Assembly (NCBI RefSeq): GCF_964194155.1
Contig: NC_135893.1
Coordinates: forward strand, 61,194,001 to 61,258,000
Length of the DNA stretch: 64,000 nt
Source of the DNA: Cetorhinus maximus
Taxonomy: Eukaryota
Direction of reading: 5' to 3'
Numbering within the stretch: the first letter of the stretch is position 1; every line of letters begins with the position of its first letter. Positions 51,628 through 62,834 of the stretch are shown in pieces. The notes under the pieces are model-generated. The model was not told where the DNA came from. It searched no databases and worked only from the letters and a program-made list of their open reading frames with translations. Both the position numbers and the translations under genes were made by a program.

Positions 51628-54600
51628 CTGTTTCTTTCTCCACGGATTCTGTAGACCACCTGAGTTTTTCCAGCATTTTCTGTTTTTGTTTCAGATTTTC
51701 AGCATCCACAGTATTTTGCTTTTATCTTAGTATTTAATTCACTGACACTTCACTTCCAGGAATGCTTACCTTGAAGGAGTACTGCTCTTCTCTCCGACAG
51801 GATTTCTGTTTGTCTCTTTGGCCCTGTTCCCTGCTGGTGTTTGACAAGGTGTTTACCAAAACTCGCCTTCACAGCCATATTTCCTTTCTCAGCGACTGTC
51901 TCTGTCTCCGACTTACCCAATGTGGATTCCAACTGAAGTTCCATCCCTCATGTTTTGAATCCACCCAGGATTTCAGGTATCTCCGGGACACACAATGTTC
52001 TTTGGACGGTTGTTCTCGCCGCATCCATGCACCGCCATATGAACACACTTGACCTTTCCATCCAGCAGCACCAAACCATCCTATCTCAAAGCTGTCTTTG
52101 ACCCCAGTTTCATTTTATTCTTCGTCTCATCCGATGCCTTAACAAGAAACTTTTCCTCTTCCTTTCAGGTGTTAAGGAATGCAAGCACCAACAATTTATT
52201 GATATCAATGCCCATCCTGAACCCTCCACCCCTTCCCGTCACTCTGACCCCATCCCTTCTTCTCATCCCAGCCCTTGCCTCTGACCTTCCCCTTTCTGAT
52301 GCTAAACGTTCATTACTCAGCAAGGGACTCAGTTTCATACCCTTACACCCTCACCTCAATGAATTTTGGCTCGGTACGATGCTGAACTCTTCTTCCACCG
52401 TCTTCGTCTCCACGCTTACTTCTTTGGGCAGGAGTCCTCCCTCTGTTCCACGGATCCTTTCACCCGCCTCCAGTATTCTCCCTCCACCTGGACCCCTCCC
52501 TCTGGCCGCTTACCTGCACTTACCTGATCTTTTCATTGTGAACTGTTGGCGTAACATCGGCTGTCTCAATTTCTCTGCTCCTGTAACCCACTCTAACCTA
52601 TCTCCTTCTGAACTCTGTTCTCTTAGTTCCAACCCTGACTTTGTTATCAAACTTGCCGACAAGGGTGGTGCTGTTGTTGTCTGTTGTACTGACTTCTACC
52701 TTGCAGAGGCTGAGCGCCAACTCTCAGACACTTCTTTCTATCTGGACTATGACCCCACCACTGAACATCAAGCCATTGTTTCCAGGACTGTCACTGACCT
52801 CATCTCCTCTGGAGATCTTCCCTCCACAGCTTCCAACTTCATAGTCTCCCAACTCGGGACAGCTCGCTTCTACCTCCTTCCCAAAATCCACAAACAGGAC
52901 TGTCCCAGTGAACCAACCGTGTCAGCCTGTTCTTGCCCCATGGAACTCATTTCTTCCTCTCTTGACTCTGTTCTCTCTCCCCCTCTCCAGTCCCTTCCAC
53001 CTATATCCGTGATTCCTCTGATGCCCTATGTCATATCAACAACTTCCAGTTCTCTGGCCCTAACCGCCTCCTCTTCTTCATGGACGTCCAATCCTCTACA
53101 CCTCCACCCCAACACCAGGATGGTCTGAGGGCACTCCGCTTCTTCCTGGAACAGAGGCCCGAACAATCCCCATCCACTACCACTCTCCTCCATCTGGCTG
53201 AACTTGTTCTTTCACTGAACAATTTCTCCTTCAACTTGTCTCACTTCCTTCAGATGAAAGGTGTGGCTATGGGTACCTGCATGAGCCTGTCTCTTTATGG
53301 GTTATGCGGAACATTCCATGTTCCAGTCCTACTTGGACCCCCTTCCACAACTGTTTTCTCGGTACACCAATGACTATTTCGGAGCTGCTTCGTGCTCTTG
53401 TCTGGCCTGGAAAAATTTTATCAGTTTTGCATCCAATTTTCACCCCTCCATCACCTTCACATGGTCCATCTCCGACACTTCTCTTCCCTTTCTCGACCTC
53501 TCTGTCTCCATTTCTGTTGTCAGACTGTTCACCAATATTCACTACAAGCTCTCTGACTCCCACAGCTACCTCAACTACAGCTCCTCACACCCTGCTTCCT
53601 GGAAGGGCTCCATTCCATTCTCTCGGTTCCTTTGCCTCCGTCGCACCTGTTCCAATGATGCCACATTCCAAAACAGTGCTTCTGACATGTCTTCCTTCTT
53701 CCTTAACCGAGGTTTCCCATCCACTGTGCTTGACAGGGCCCTCAACTGTGTCCAACCCATCTCCCACGCCTATGCCCTCACACCTTCCCCTCCCCCTCAG
53801 AACCATGATAGGGTTCCCCTTGTCCTCACTTTTCACCCCACCAGCCTCCGCATTCAAAAGATCATCCTCCGCCATTTCCACCAACTCCAGCATGATGCCA
53901 TCACCAAACACATCTTCCCCTTACCCGTTCCCCCCCGTCAGCATTCTGTAGGGACCTTTCCCTCTGAGACATCCCGGTCCACTCCTCCATCACCCTGAAT
54001 ACCTCATCCCCTTCCCATAGCACCTTCCCATGTGATCGCATAAGGTGCAACACCTGCCCCTTTACCTCCTCCCAAACACTCCTTTAAGGTGAAGCAGCGC
54101 TTCACTTGCACCTCCTTCAATTTAGTCTACTGCATTCGCTGCTCCCAATGCTGTGGTCTCTATGTTGGGGAGACCAAACGCAGACTGGGTGACCGCTTTG
54201 CGGAACACCTTCGGTCTGTTGCAAGCATGAACAAGACCTTCTCGCCGCTTGCCATTTTAACACACCATCCTGCTGTCATGCCCACATGTCCATCCTTGGC
54301 CTACTGTAATTTTCCAGTGAAGCCCAACGCAAACTGGAGGAATAGCACCTGATCTTCCGATGAGGCACTTTACAGCCTTCCAGACTTAACATTGAGTTCA
54401 ATAACTTCAGACCATGAACTCTCTCCTCTATCTTCACCCCTTTTTTAATCCCTTTTTCCAAGTTTAGTTTTATTTTTATCTAATTATTTTAATTTTTATT
54501 CATTGTTTTATCTCCTTTTTTATTCTCCCTTTTTTAAAATCCCATTTTCAATCCTTTTTCCCCACCACCACCCCTCCCCCAACCCACCCCAAAAGGGCCA

Positions 54601-54932
54601 TCTGTTACTTGTTCCATGGTGTTCTTTCACAGAGTGCTTACCCTTGTTATGCTATTATCACATTCTGCTTTCTTACCTTTATGCCACTATCAACACCTTT
54701 TTTAGCCCTTACCACTACCATTTACACTCCTTGACTTCATGACATCTTTGTCAGTCTCTCCATTGCTCCCATCCAGTTTCACCTGCTCCACCCTCCTTAA
54801 ACAGTATAAATTTCATCACATTTCTACTTCTCCTTGGCTCTGAAGAAGCGTCGTACGGACTTGAAATGTTAACAAAAACAGAATTACCTGGAAAAACTCA
54901 GCAGGTCTGGCAGCATCGGTGGAGCAGAGAAG

Positions 54933-54970
54933 AGTTGACGTTTCGAGTCCAATGACCCTTCAACAGAACT
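54933..54970 (-). ncRNA. Minimal hammerhead ribozyme, CUGUUGA-core variant (3' pseudo-LTR)
   Basis: Reverse complement: AGTT-CTGTTGA-A-GGGTC-ATTG-GACTC-GAAA-CG-TC-AACT. Confidence 0.65.
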
Positions 54971-55349
54971 GAGTGTAGTTAGGAGAGGGGTGAAATATAA
55001 GCTGGTTTAAGGTGGGGGGTGGGGTGGGGTGGGGGGAGAGAAGTTGAGGGTGGGGTGGTTGTAGGGATAAGCAAGCAGTGATAGGAGCAGAGAATCAAAA
55101 GATGTCACAGACAAAATGATCAAAGAGGTGTTGAAGGTGGTGAAATTATCTAAGAGAATGTGCTAATTAAGAATGGATGGCAGGACACTCAAGGTACAGC
55201 TGTAGTGGGGGTGGGGTGGAAAGATTGACAAGGTATTAGTTGTAGATTTAAAAATAATGGAAATAGGTGGGACAAGAAAAATCTATATAAATTATTGAAA
55301 AAAACAAAAGGGAGGGGGAAGAAACGGGGTGGGGATGGGGGGAGGGAGT

Positions 55350-58085
55350 TTAAGATCTAAAGTTGTTGAATTCAATATTCAGCCCGGAAGGCTGTAAAGT
55401 GCCTAGTCGGAAGATGAGGTGCTGTTCCTCCAGTTTGCGTTGGGCTTCACTGGAACAATGCAGCAAACCAAGGACAGACATGTGGGCAAGAGAACAGGGT
55501 GGAGTGTTAAAATGGCAAGCGACAGGGAGGTTTGGGTCTTTCTTGCGGACAGACCGCAGGTGTTCTGCAAAGCGGTTGCCCAGTTTGCGTTTGGTCTCTC
55601 CAATGTAGAGGAGACCGCATTGGGAGCAACGAATGCAGTAGACTAAGTTAGGGGAAATGCAAGTGAAATGCTGCTTCACTTGAAAGGAGAGTTTGGGCCC
55701 TTGGACGGTGAGGAGAGAGGAAGTGAAGGGGCAGGTGTTGCATCTTTTGCGTGGGCATGGGGAGGTGCCATAGGTGGGGGTTGAGGAGTAGACCAGGGTG
55801 TCCCGGAGGGAACGATCCCTACGGAATACCGCCAGGGGGGGTGAAGGGAAGATGTGTTTGGTGGTGGCATCATGCTGGAGTTGGCGGAAATGGCGGAGGA
55901 TGATCCTTTGAATGCGGAGGCTGGTGGGGTGATAAGTGAGGACAAGGGGGACCCTATCATGTTTCTGGGAGGGAGGAGAAGGCGTGAGGGCGGATGCGCG
56001 GGAGATGGGCCGGACACGGTTGAGGGCCCTGTCAACGACCGTGGGTGGAAAACCTTGGTTAAAGAAGAAGGAGGACATGTCAGAGGAACTGTTTTTGAAG
56101 GTAGCGTCATCAGAACAGATGCGACGGAGGCGAAGGAACTGAGAGAATGGGATGGAGTCCTTACAGGAAGCGGGGTGTGAGGAGCTGTAGTCGAGGTAGC
56201 TGTGGGAGTCGGTAGGCTTGTAATGGATATTGGTGGACAGTCTATCATCAGAAATTGAGACAGAGAGGTCAAGGAAGGGAAGAGAAGTGTCAGAGATGGA
56301 CCATGTGAAAATGATGGAGGGGTGGAGATTGGAAGCAAAATTAATAAATTTTTCCAGGTCCCGACGAGAGCACGAAGCAGCACCGAAGTAATCATCGATG
56401 TACCAGAGAAAGAGTTGTGGGAGGGGGCCGGAGTAGGACTGGAACAAGGAATGTTCCACATACCCCATAAAGAGACAGGCATAGCTAGGGCCCATGCGGG
56501 TACCCATAGCCACACCTTTTATTTGGAGGAAGTGAGAGGAGTTAAAGGAGAAATTGTTCAGTGTGAGAACAAGTTCAGCCAGACGGAGGAGAGTAGTGGT
56601 GGATGGGGATTGTTGGGGCCTCTGTTCAAGGAAGAAGCTAAGGGCCCTCAGACCATCCTGGTGGGGGATGGAGGTGTAGAGGGATTGGACGTCCATGGTG
56701 AAGAGGAAGCGGTTGGGGCCAGGGAACTGGAAATTGTTGATGTGACGTAAGGTGTCAGAGGAATCACGGATGTAGGTGGGAAGGGACTGGACAAGGGGAG
56801 AGAGAAGGGAGTCAAGATAACAAGAAATGAGTTCCGTGGGGCAGGAACAGTCTGACACGATCGGTCTGCCAGGACAGTTCTGTTTGTGGATTTTGGGTAG
56901 GAGGTAGAAGCGGGCCGTCCGAGGTTGGGCGACTATCAGGTTGGAAGCTGTGGGAGGAAGATCTCCAGAGGAGATGAGGTCAGTGACAGTCCTGGAAACA
57001 ATGGCTTGATGTTCCGTGGTGGGGTCATGGTCCAGGGAGAGGTAGGAGGAAGTGTCTGTGAGTTGACGCTCAGCCTCCGCGAGGTAGAGGTCAGTGCGCC
57101 AGACAACAACAGCACCACCCTTGTCAGCGGGTTTGATAACAATGTTGGGGTTGGACCTGAGAGAACGGAGTACAGTAAGTTCAGAGAGAGACAGATTGGA
57201 ATGGGTGAGAGGAGCAGAGAAATTGAGATGGCTAATGTCATGCCGACAGTTCTCAACGAAAAGATCAAGAGAAGGTAAGAAACCAGAGGTAGGGGTCCAG
57301 GTGGAGGGAGAATATTGGAGGTGGGTAAAAGGATCCGTTGAACGGGGAGAGGACTCCTGCCCAAAGAAGTGAGCACGGAGACGAAGACGGCGGAAGAAGA
57401 GTTCAGCATCGTGCCGAGCCCGAAATTCATTGAGATGAGGGCGTAAGGGTATGAAACTAAGTCCTTTGCTGAGCATTGAACGTTCAGCATCGGAAAGGGG
57501 AAGGTCAGGGGGTATAGTGAATACGCGGCTGGTGCTGGGATTGGAAGATGGGGTGGGGACGGAGGGACAAGCAGGGGTGGAGGGTCCCAGATGGGTGTTG
57601 GTGTCAATGAGTTGTTGGAGCTTGTGTTCCTTAGCACTTGAGAGAAAGAGAAAAAGTTTCTTGTTGAGGCGTCGGATGCGGCGAAGAATAAAATGAAACT
57701 GGGGGCACGCGCAGCTTTGAAAAAGGGTGCGGCAGTGCTGCTGGAGGGAGAGGTCGAGTGTGTTCATATGGCGGCGCATGGCACTGAGTGTGGATCTCAG
57801 AATGCGACGGGAACAGCAGTTAGAAAAACGTTTTATGTCCCGGAGATACCTGTAATCCTGGGTGGGTTCGAAACAAGAGGGATGGAATTTCAGTTGAAAT
57901 CCACGTGGGGTGAGTCGGAGACGGAGACAGTCACTGAGAAAGGAAATATGGCTGTGAAAGCGGGTTTTAGTAAACACCTCGTCAAACACCAGGAGAGAAA
58001 TGGAAAGCAATGAAAGTGGACAAGGCAGAAGAGACAGGCGGAAATCCTGTCGGAGAACAGAGCAATACTTCTTCAAGGAAGGCAT
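55350..58085 (-). CDS. PLE reverse transcriptase + zinc knuckle + GIY-YIG endonuclease (ATG at 58085; frame open from 58109)
   Basis: IKPADKGG, FYLLPKIHK, GRPIVS, MDVQSLYTSIP, GVAMGTRMGPSYA, YIDD, LPFLD, CPRKRCNTC, VYCIRC..LYIGET. No stops or frameshifts. Confidence 0.95.
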   Translation of the reverse strand: MPSLKKYCSVLRQDFRLSLLPCPLSLLSISLLVFDEVFTKTRFHSHISFLSDCLRLRLTPRGFQLKFHPSCFEPTQDYRYLRDIKRFSNCCSRRILRSTLSAMRRHMNTLDLSLQQHCRTLFQSCACPQFHFILRRIRRLNKKLFLFLSSAKEHKLQQLIDTNTHLGPSTPACPSVPTPSSNPSTSRVFTIPPDLPLSDAERSMLSKGLSFIPLRPHLNEFRARHDAELFFRRLRLRAHFFGQESSPRSTDPFTHLQYSPSTWTPTSGFLPSLDLFVENCRHDISHLNFSAPLTHSNLSLSELTVLRSLRSNPNIVIKPADKGGAVVVWRTDLYLAEAERQLTDTSSYLSLDHDPTTEHQAIVSRTVTDLISSGDLPPTASNLIVAQPRTARFYLLPKIHKQNCPGRPIVSDCSCPTELISCYLDSLLSPLVQSLPTYIRDSSDTLRHINNFQFPGPNRFLFTMDVQSLYTSIPHQDGLRALSFFLEQRPQQSPSTTTLLRLAELVLTLNNFSFNSSHFLQIKGVAMGTRMGPSYACLFMGYVEHSLFQSYSGPLPQLFLWYIDDYFGAASCSRRDLEKFINFASNLHPSIIFTWSISDTSLPFLDLSVSISDDRLSTNIHYKPTDSHSYLDYSSSHPASCKDSIPFSQFLRLRRICSDDATFKNSSSDMSSFFFNQGFPPTVVDRALNRVRPISRASALTPSPPSQKHDRVPLVLTYHPTSLRIQRIILRHFRQLQHDATTKHIFPSPPLAVFRRDRSLRDTLVYSSTPTYGTSPCPRKRCNTCPFTSSLLTVQGPKLSFQVKQHFTCISPNLVYCIRCSQCGLLYIGETKRKLGNRFAEHLRSVRKKDPNLPVACHFNTPPCSLAHMSVLGLLHCSSEAQRKLEEQHLIFRLGTLQPSGLNIEFNNFRS

Positions 58086-58227
58086 TTCTTGAAGAGAAGT
58101 GGCAGTCAATTAAACACAGAGATAAAAACAAAAAACTACTGCGGATGCTGGAAATCCAAAACAAAAATAAAAACAGAATTACCTGGAAAAACTCAGCAGG
58201 TCTGGCAGCATCGGTGGAGAAGAGAAG

Positions 58228-58265
58228 AGTTGACGTTTCGAGTCCAATGACCCTTCAACAGAACT
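58228..58265 (-). ncRNA. Minimal hammerhead ribozyme, CUGUUGA-core variant (5' pseudo-LTR)
   Basis: Same sequence as the 54933-54970 copy. Confidence 0.65.
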
Positions 58266-58959
58266 GAGTGTAGTTAGGAGAGGGGTGAAATATAAGCTGG
58301 TTTGAAATGTTAACACTGTTTCTCTCTCCACAGATGCTGTCGGACCTGCTGAGTTTTTCCAACGCTTTCTGTTTTTGTATATTTAAGTTGAGTTTTCCCT
58401 GGTATCCTGGCCAAAATTTATTCCTTGACCAACACCGGAAGCAGATCACTTTGCTGTTTATGCGACCTTGTGCACAAATTGATTGTCGTCTTTCCTACAT
58501 TACAACTTCAAGTCTACTTCATTGACTGTAATGTGCTTTATGACCTTGAGATTGTTAAATTTACATGTCTTTCTTTTAATGGCATCTACATTAAAATGTT
58601 ACACTATTTATATCTACTTAAAAATCATTTTCTTATTCAGCTATGGACCCTGAATATATGTAGTCCAGCTGGGTAATACTGACCATATATTACCTTCCGA
58701 TGGTAGAAAAATCAAGCAAAATTCTAACAATGATTTTACTATCATATTGGAAATATTTGTAATCTATTAAACATAAATAATTTTAATTTCAAAATCTGAA
58801 TCACAATACGCTTATGTTGGAAAATGTACCAAAAACACAGAATCACGGAGTCTCTATGTAATATATCTTTTATAAAAATATATTGATACACAACTTCTTA
58901 AAATTTGGCACTAAAGTAAAGCTTTCTGTCTTTCAAGGGAGTGGAAAATAAAGGAGTGG

Positions 58960-60390
58960 AAGTCCTCAATATCATCCAGGACAAAGCACCCTGCTTGATT
59001 GGCATCACATCCACCCACCTTAAACATTCATTCTCTCCGCCTGTGACGCACAATGGCAGAAATGTCTACCATGTACAAAATGCACCTGAGCAACTTTGAC
59101 AGCACTTTCCAAACCTATGATCTCTGCCACCCAGAACGCCAAGGGCAGCAGATGCTTGGGAACACCACCAATTGCAAGTTCCCCTCCAAGCCACACACCA
59201 TCCTAACATGGAACTATAGTGCCTTTCCTTCACTGTCACTGGGTTAAAATTTTGGGACACCCTCCCTAAATCACTGAAGGTGTATCTTCACCAATGGACT
59301 GCAGTGGTTCAAGAAAATGTCTCACCAACACCTTCTAAAGTGCAATCAGATAGTGTTCTAGGCTCAACCATCTTCAGCTGCTTCATCAATGACCTTCCTT
59401 CCATCATAAGGTCAGAAGTGGGGATGTTGCTGATGATTGCACAATGTTTGGCAGCATTCACGACTCCTCAGACACTGAAACAGTCCATGTCCAAATGCAG
59501 CAAGACCTGGACAATATCCAGGCTTGGGCTGACCAGTGGCAAGTAACATTTGCGCAACACAAGTGCCAGGCAATGTGTATCTCCAACAAGAGAGAATCTA
59601 ACCATCGCCCTTTGACATTCAATGGCACTACCATTGCTGAATCCCCCCCCCCCATATCAATATCCTGGGGGTTACCATTGACCAGAAACTGAACTGGACT
59701 AACCATATAAATACTGTGGCTACAAGAGCAGGTCAGAGGCTAGGAATCCTGTGACGAATAACTCACCTCCTGACCCCCCAAAGCCTGTCTACCATCTACA
59801 AGTCACAAGTTAGGAATGTGATGGAATACTCCCCACTTGCCTGGATGAGTGCAGCTCCAACAATACTTAAGAAGCTTGACACCATCCAGGACAAAGCAGC
59901 CCATTTGATTGGCACCCGATCCACAAACATTCACTCCCTGCACCACTGATGCACAGTAGCAGCAGTGTGTACCATCTACAAGATGCACTGCAGGAACTCA
60001 CCAAGGCTCCTTAGGCAACACCTTCCAAACCCATGACTGCTACCATCAAGAAGGACAAGGGCATCAGACACATGGGAAAACCACCACCTGGAAGTTCCCC
60101 TCCAAGCGGCATACTATCCTGACTTGGAAATATATTGCTGTTTTTCACTGTCGCCGGGTCAAAACCCTAGGACTCCCTGCTTAACAGCACTGTGGGTGCG
60201 CCTACACCACATGGACTGCAGCGGTTCAAGAAGGCAGCCCACCACCACCTTCTCAAGGGCAATTAGGGATTGGCAATAAATACTGGCCTGGTCAGTGATG
60301 CCTACATCCCATGAATGGATAAAAAAAAACAACAAATGCTGGCCTAGCCAGTGATGCCCACATCCCATGAAAGAATATTTTAAAAAAAAT
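58960..60390 (+). mobile_element. Two stacked 3' fragments of the CR1/L2-group LINE family, ending in A-rich tails
   Basis: FINDL, QQDLDNIQAW, VCTIYKMHC motifs; duplicated 3' end 'gatgcc(c/t)acatcccatga'. Confidence 0.85.
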
Positions 60391-61560
60391 TATGCTACAT
60401 TTGCATAAGGCTCTGCTTAGACTACATCTGGAGTACTGCCTTCGGTTCTGGACACTGCATCTCAGCAAGCATTTTTTGCTTTGGAGTGGCTATGGTGTAG
60501 TTTCACCAGATTGATTCTTAGGCTAAAAGGCTTCGGTAATGAGGACAGGTTGACTCGAGTAGCTTGTATTCCCTTGAGTATAGAAGATTAAGGGGCAATG
60601 TAATTGAGTATTTAAGATAATTATAGTGTTTGAAAGGGTAGATAGAGAACAACTATTTCCTTGGTGGAGAGTCCAGAACAGGGGAGCATAACCTTAAAAT
60701 TAGAGCTCGGCTGTTCAGTGATGATGTCAGGAAGCACTTTTTCACACGTTGCATAGTAGAAATATGGAACTCTTTCCACCAAAAAGCTGATGATGGTGGG
60801 GGCCAACTGAAAATTTAAAAGCTGTGATTTATTAAATGATTGTTAGGTAAGGATATTAAGAGGTGGATTCAATCTTGGCTTTCAAAAGGGAATTGGATAA
60901 TTATCTGAGGAGAAGAATTTTCCAGGGATATGGAGAAAAGGCAGAGGAGTGGACTAGCTGCATAGATCTTACAGAGAATGGACAGGATGCGCCTATGGTC
61001 TCCTAGTAACCAAGGTGACTAGATGGAGTTAAGATACAGATCAGCCATAATCTAATTGTATGGCAGAACAAACTTGAGGATCTAAATCCTGTTCTTATAT
61101 GAGAACGGTCCTGGGGATGAGACACTTCAGTTATGTGGAAAGATTGTTGAAGCAGGGGTTGTTCTCCTTAGTGAAGAGAAGGTTGAGAGGAGATTTGATA
61201 GTGGTGTTCAAAATCATGATGGGTCTGGACAGAGTAAATTGGGAGAAACTGTTCCCATTGATGGAAGGATGGAGAACTAGAGGACACTGATTTAAGGCAA
61301 TTGGCAAAAGAACCAAAGATGACACAAGCAAAAGTCTTTTTACGCAGTGAGTGGTTAGGATGTGGAATGCACCTCCTGAGAGCAGGAGACGGATTCAATC
61401 TTGGCTTTGAAAAGGAAATTGGATAATTATCTGAGGAGAAGAATTTTCCAGGGATATGTGGAAAAGTTAGAGGAATAGACTAGCTGAGTAGATCTTTCCG
61501 AGAATGGACAGGATGGGCTAATGGCCTCCTGAGCTGTAAGCATTCTATGATTCTATGCCC
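60390..61560 (+). mobile_element. Cluster of CR1 LINE 3' fragments
   Basis: SYVERL..GLFSL.KRRLRGDLI motif and 'attctatgattctatg' tail. Confidence 0.8.
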
Positions 61561-61779
61561 AGTGACTGGTTAGAATGTGGAACTTGTTACTGCAAGGAAT
61601 TGAAGTGTCTAGCATAAACACAGGAGGTTTAAAGAAATAAATAGGTTGATGTGGTTGGGTGAAGTTTCATGTGGAGCATCAACACTGCCAGCAGATTAAG
61701 GGGGCTTATTAGCCTTTTTCCGTCGTTTACATCGAGTGTGCGGATTAAGCGGAACAAAAATACAATTATTAGGATAATT

Positions 61780-62130
61780 ACGGTATTTTTCAGTGTGCGC
61801 CTCTAATAGGAGGAGAGCGGTAAGAGGTTGGCGCTCCGCATGGAGATTTCGCGAGATTTGGGAGGAGGGGTGAGTCGGTGAAGAGGGAGATCCAAGCGGA
61901 GAGCGGCAGGTGGCCGGGGAAGGGGCATAGGTGGCAGGTAAATAATACAGACCGTGGCCTCAGCCGGTACTTGCGGCCACAGGACGAGGTCAGAAAGGAT
62001 CTTTTTGGACGGATGCCAGTGGCGGGTCTGAGGTAAATTTGGCTGCGCTCCCTCAGCGGCTCCAGGCCAGCCTTTCCATTCCAGCGAGTGGCTGTAGCCG
62101 CTTGGCTCTCAGCATCTCTCCCTCCCGCCC
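61780..62130 (+). promoter_or_regulatory. MAD1L1: CpG-island promoter and non-coding exon 1, probably MAD1L1
   Basis: CpG-rich; E2F-like TTGGCGC (about 61828); BANP/M4-like TTTCGCGAGA (about 61847); donors CAG|gtaaat (61937) and GAG|gtaaat (62032). Gene identity rests only on SNX8-NUDT1-MRM2-MAD1L1 synteny. Confidence 0.55.
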
Positions 62131-62834
62131 CCCCCAGTGATAGCAGAGCCCAATCCTGTTGTTCAGAAGGATCTCTGGATTGAGGAATCCTGTCTGATTT
62201 ACGTTTCCTGCCTTTTGCTTGTTCGCTGATTGTTGAAGCCACCCATATCTCCAATCAGCCAGCTCAAAACATCATGAATTGAACGTTGGGATTTCCTGGG
62301 GGCAATTTGTTTTCCAACTGAGCAATTGGACGATATTTTTTTGCCGGGAAGTGTTTCAATAAAATATTTGATCTGATAACATCGTTCATTCAAAATTGAA
62401 TGTTTTCTGTATAGGACGAAACGTTGTTCTAAGGGCTTCCTTTTGTGGTTTGTGAAGTTATCCCAGTAAGAATCCATGAAAATCGCAGATTCGATTTTGT
62501 GGTGTGCTGAGTTTTGTGATCAGAGTTGGGGTAGTGAGAAGATGCTGCAGTTTGCCTCACTGCCTCTCTCGGTTATGCCTTGGCGCCTGCTTCCGATCCT
62601 TGTACAGCAACCCCTGCTGGGCGTGAGTGCGCTCAAACATTGGGTGGCGACAGTAGCATTTTCAACTGAGTGGTTTTTTTTTTGGTTGAATGGACTGCGA
62701 ACGATGTGAAGATTGCCCCCTTGGAAGAGATGGCCGTAAATGACCAACGCCTGTAAAAATGTAACTCAGCAGGCAGTTAAAAAAACAGAACTTTTCACGA
62801 CCATTGGACGTCTCAAAGTGCTTTATATCCAATG

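Larger units (their letters stand above)
54875..58301 (-). mobile_element. Young full-length Neptune-type PLE
   Basis: Direct pseudo-LTR repeat (about 54875-55008 / 58170-58301), intact ORF, 14-bp TSD TTGAAATGTTAACA (54861-54874 / 58302-58315). Confidence 0.95.
51490..58378 (+). mobile_element. Older degenerate Neptune-type PLE with two pseudo-LTRs; its 3' pseudo-LTR is split by the young PLE
   Basis: Frameshifted homologue of the 919-aa ORF (51762-54417). Pseudo-LTRs at about 51500-51690 and at 54740-54874 + 58302-58378. It sits in a SINE that resumes at about 58390. Confidence 0.9.

Noticed and set aside
55676-57637. Long alternative-frame ORFs overlapping the PLE ORF (279 aa and 233 aa)
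   Set aside because: Shadow frames caused by the C-rich codon bias of the element.
61790-62254. 154-aa minus-strand ORF over the CpG island
   Set aside because: GC-rich promoter sequence with few stops and no recognisable protein motif.
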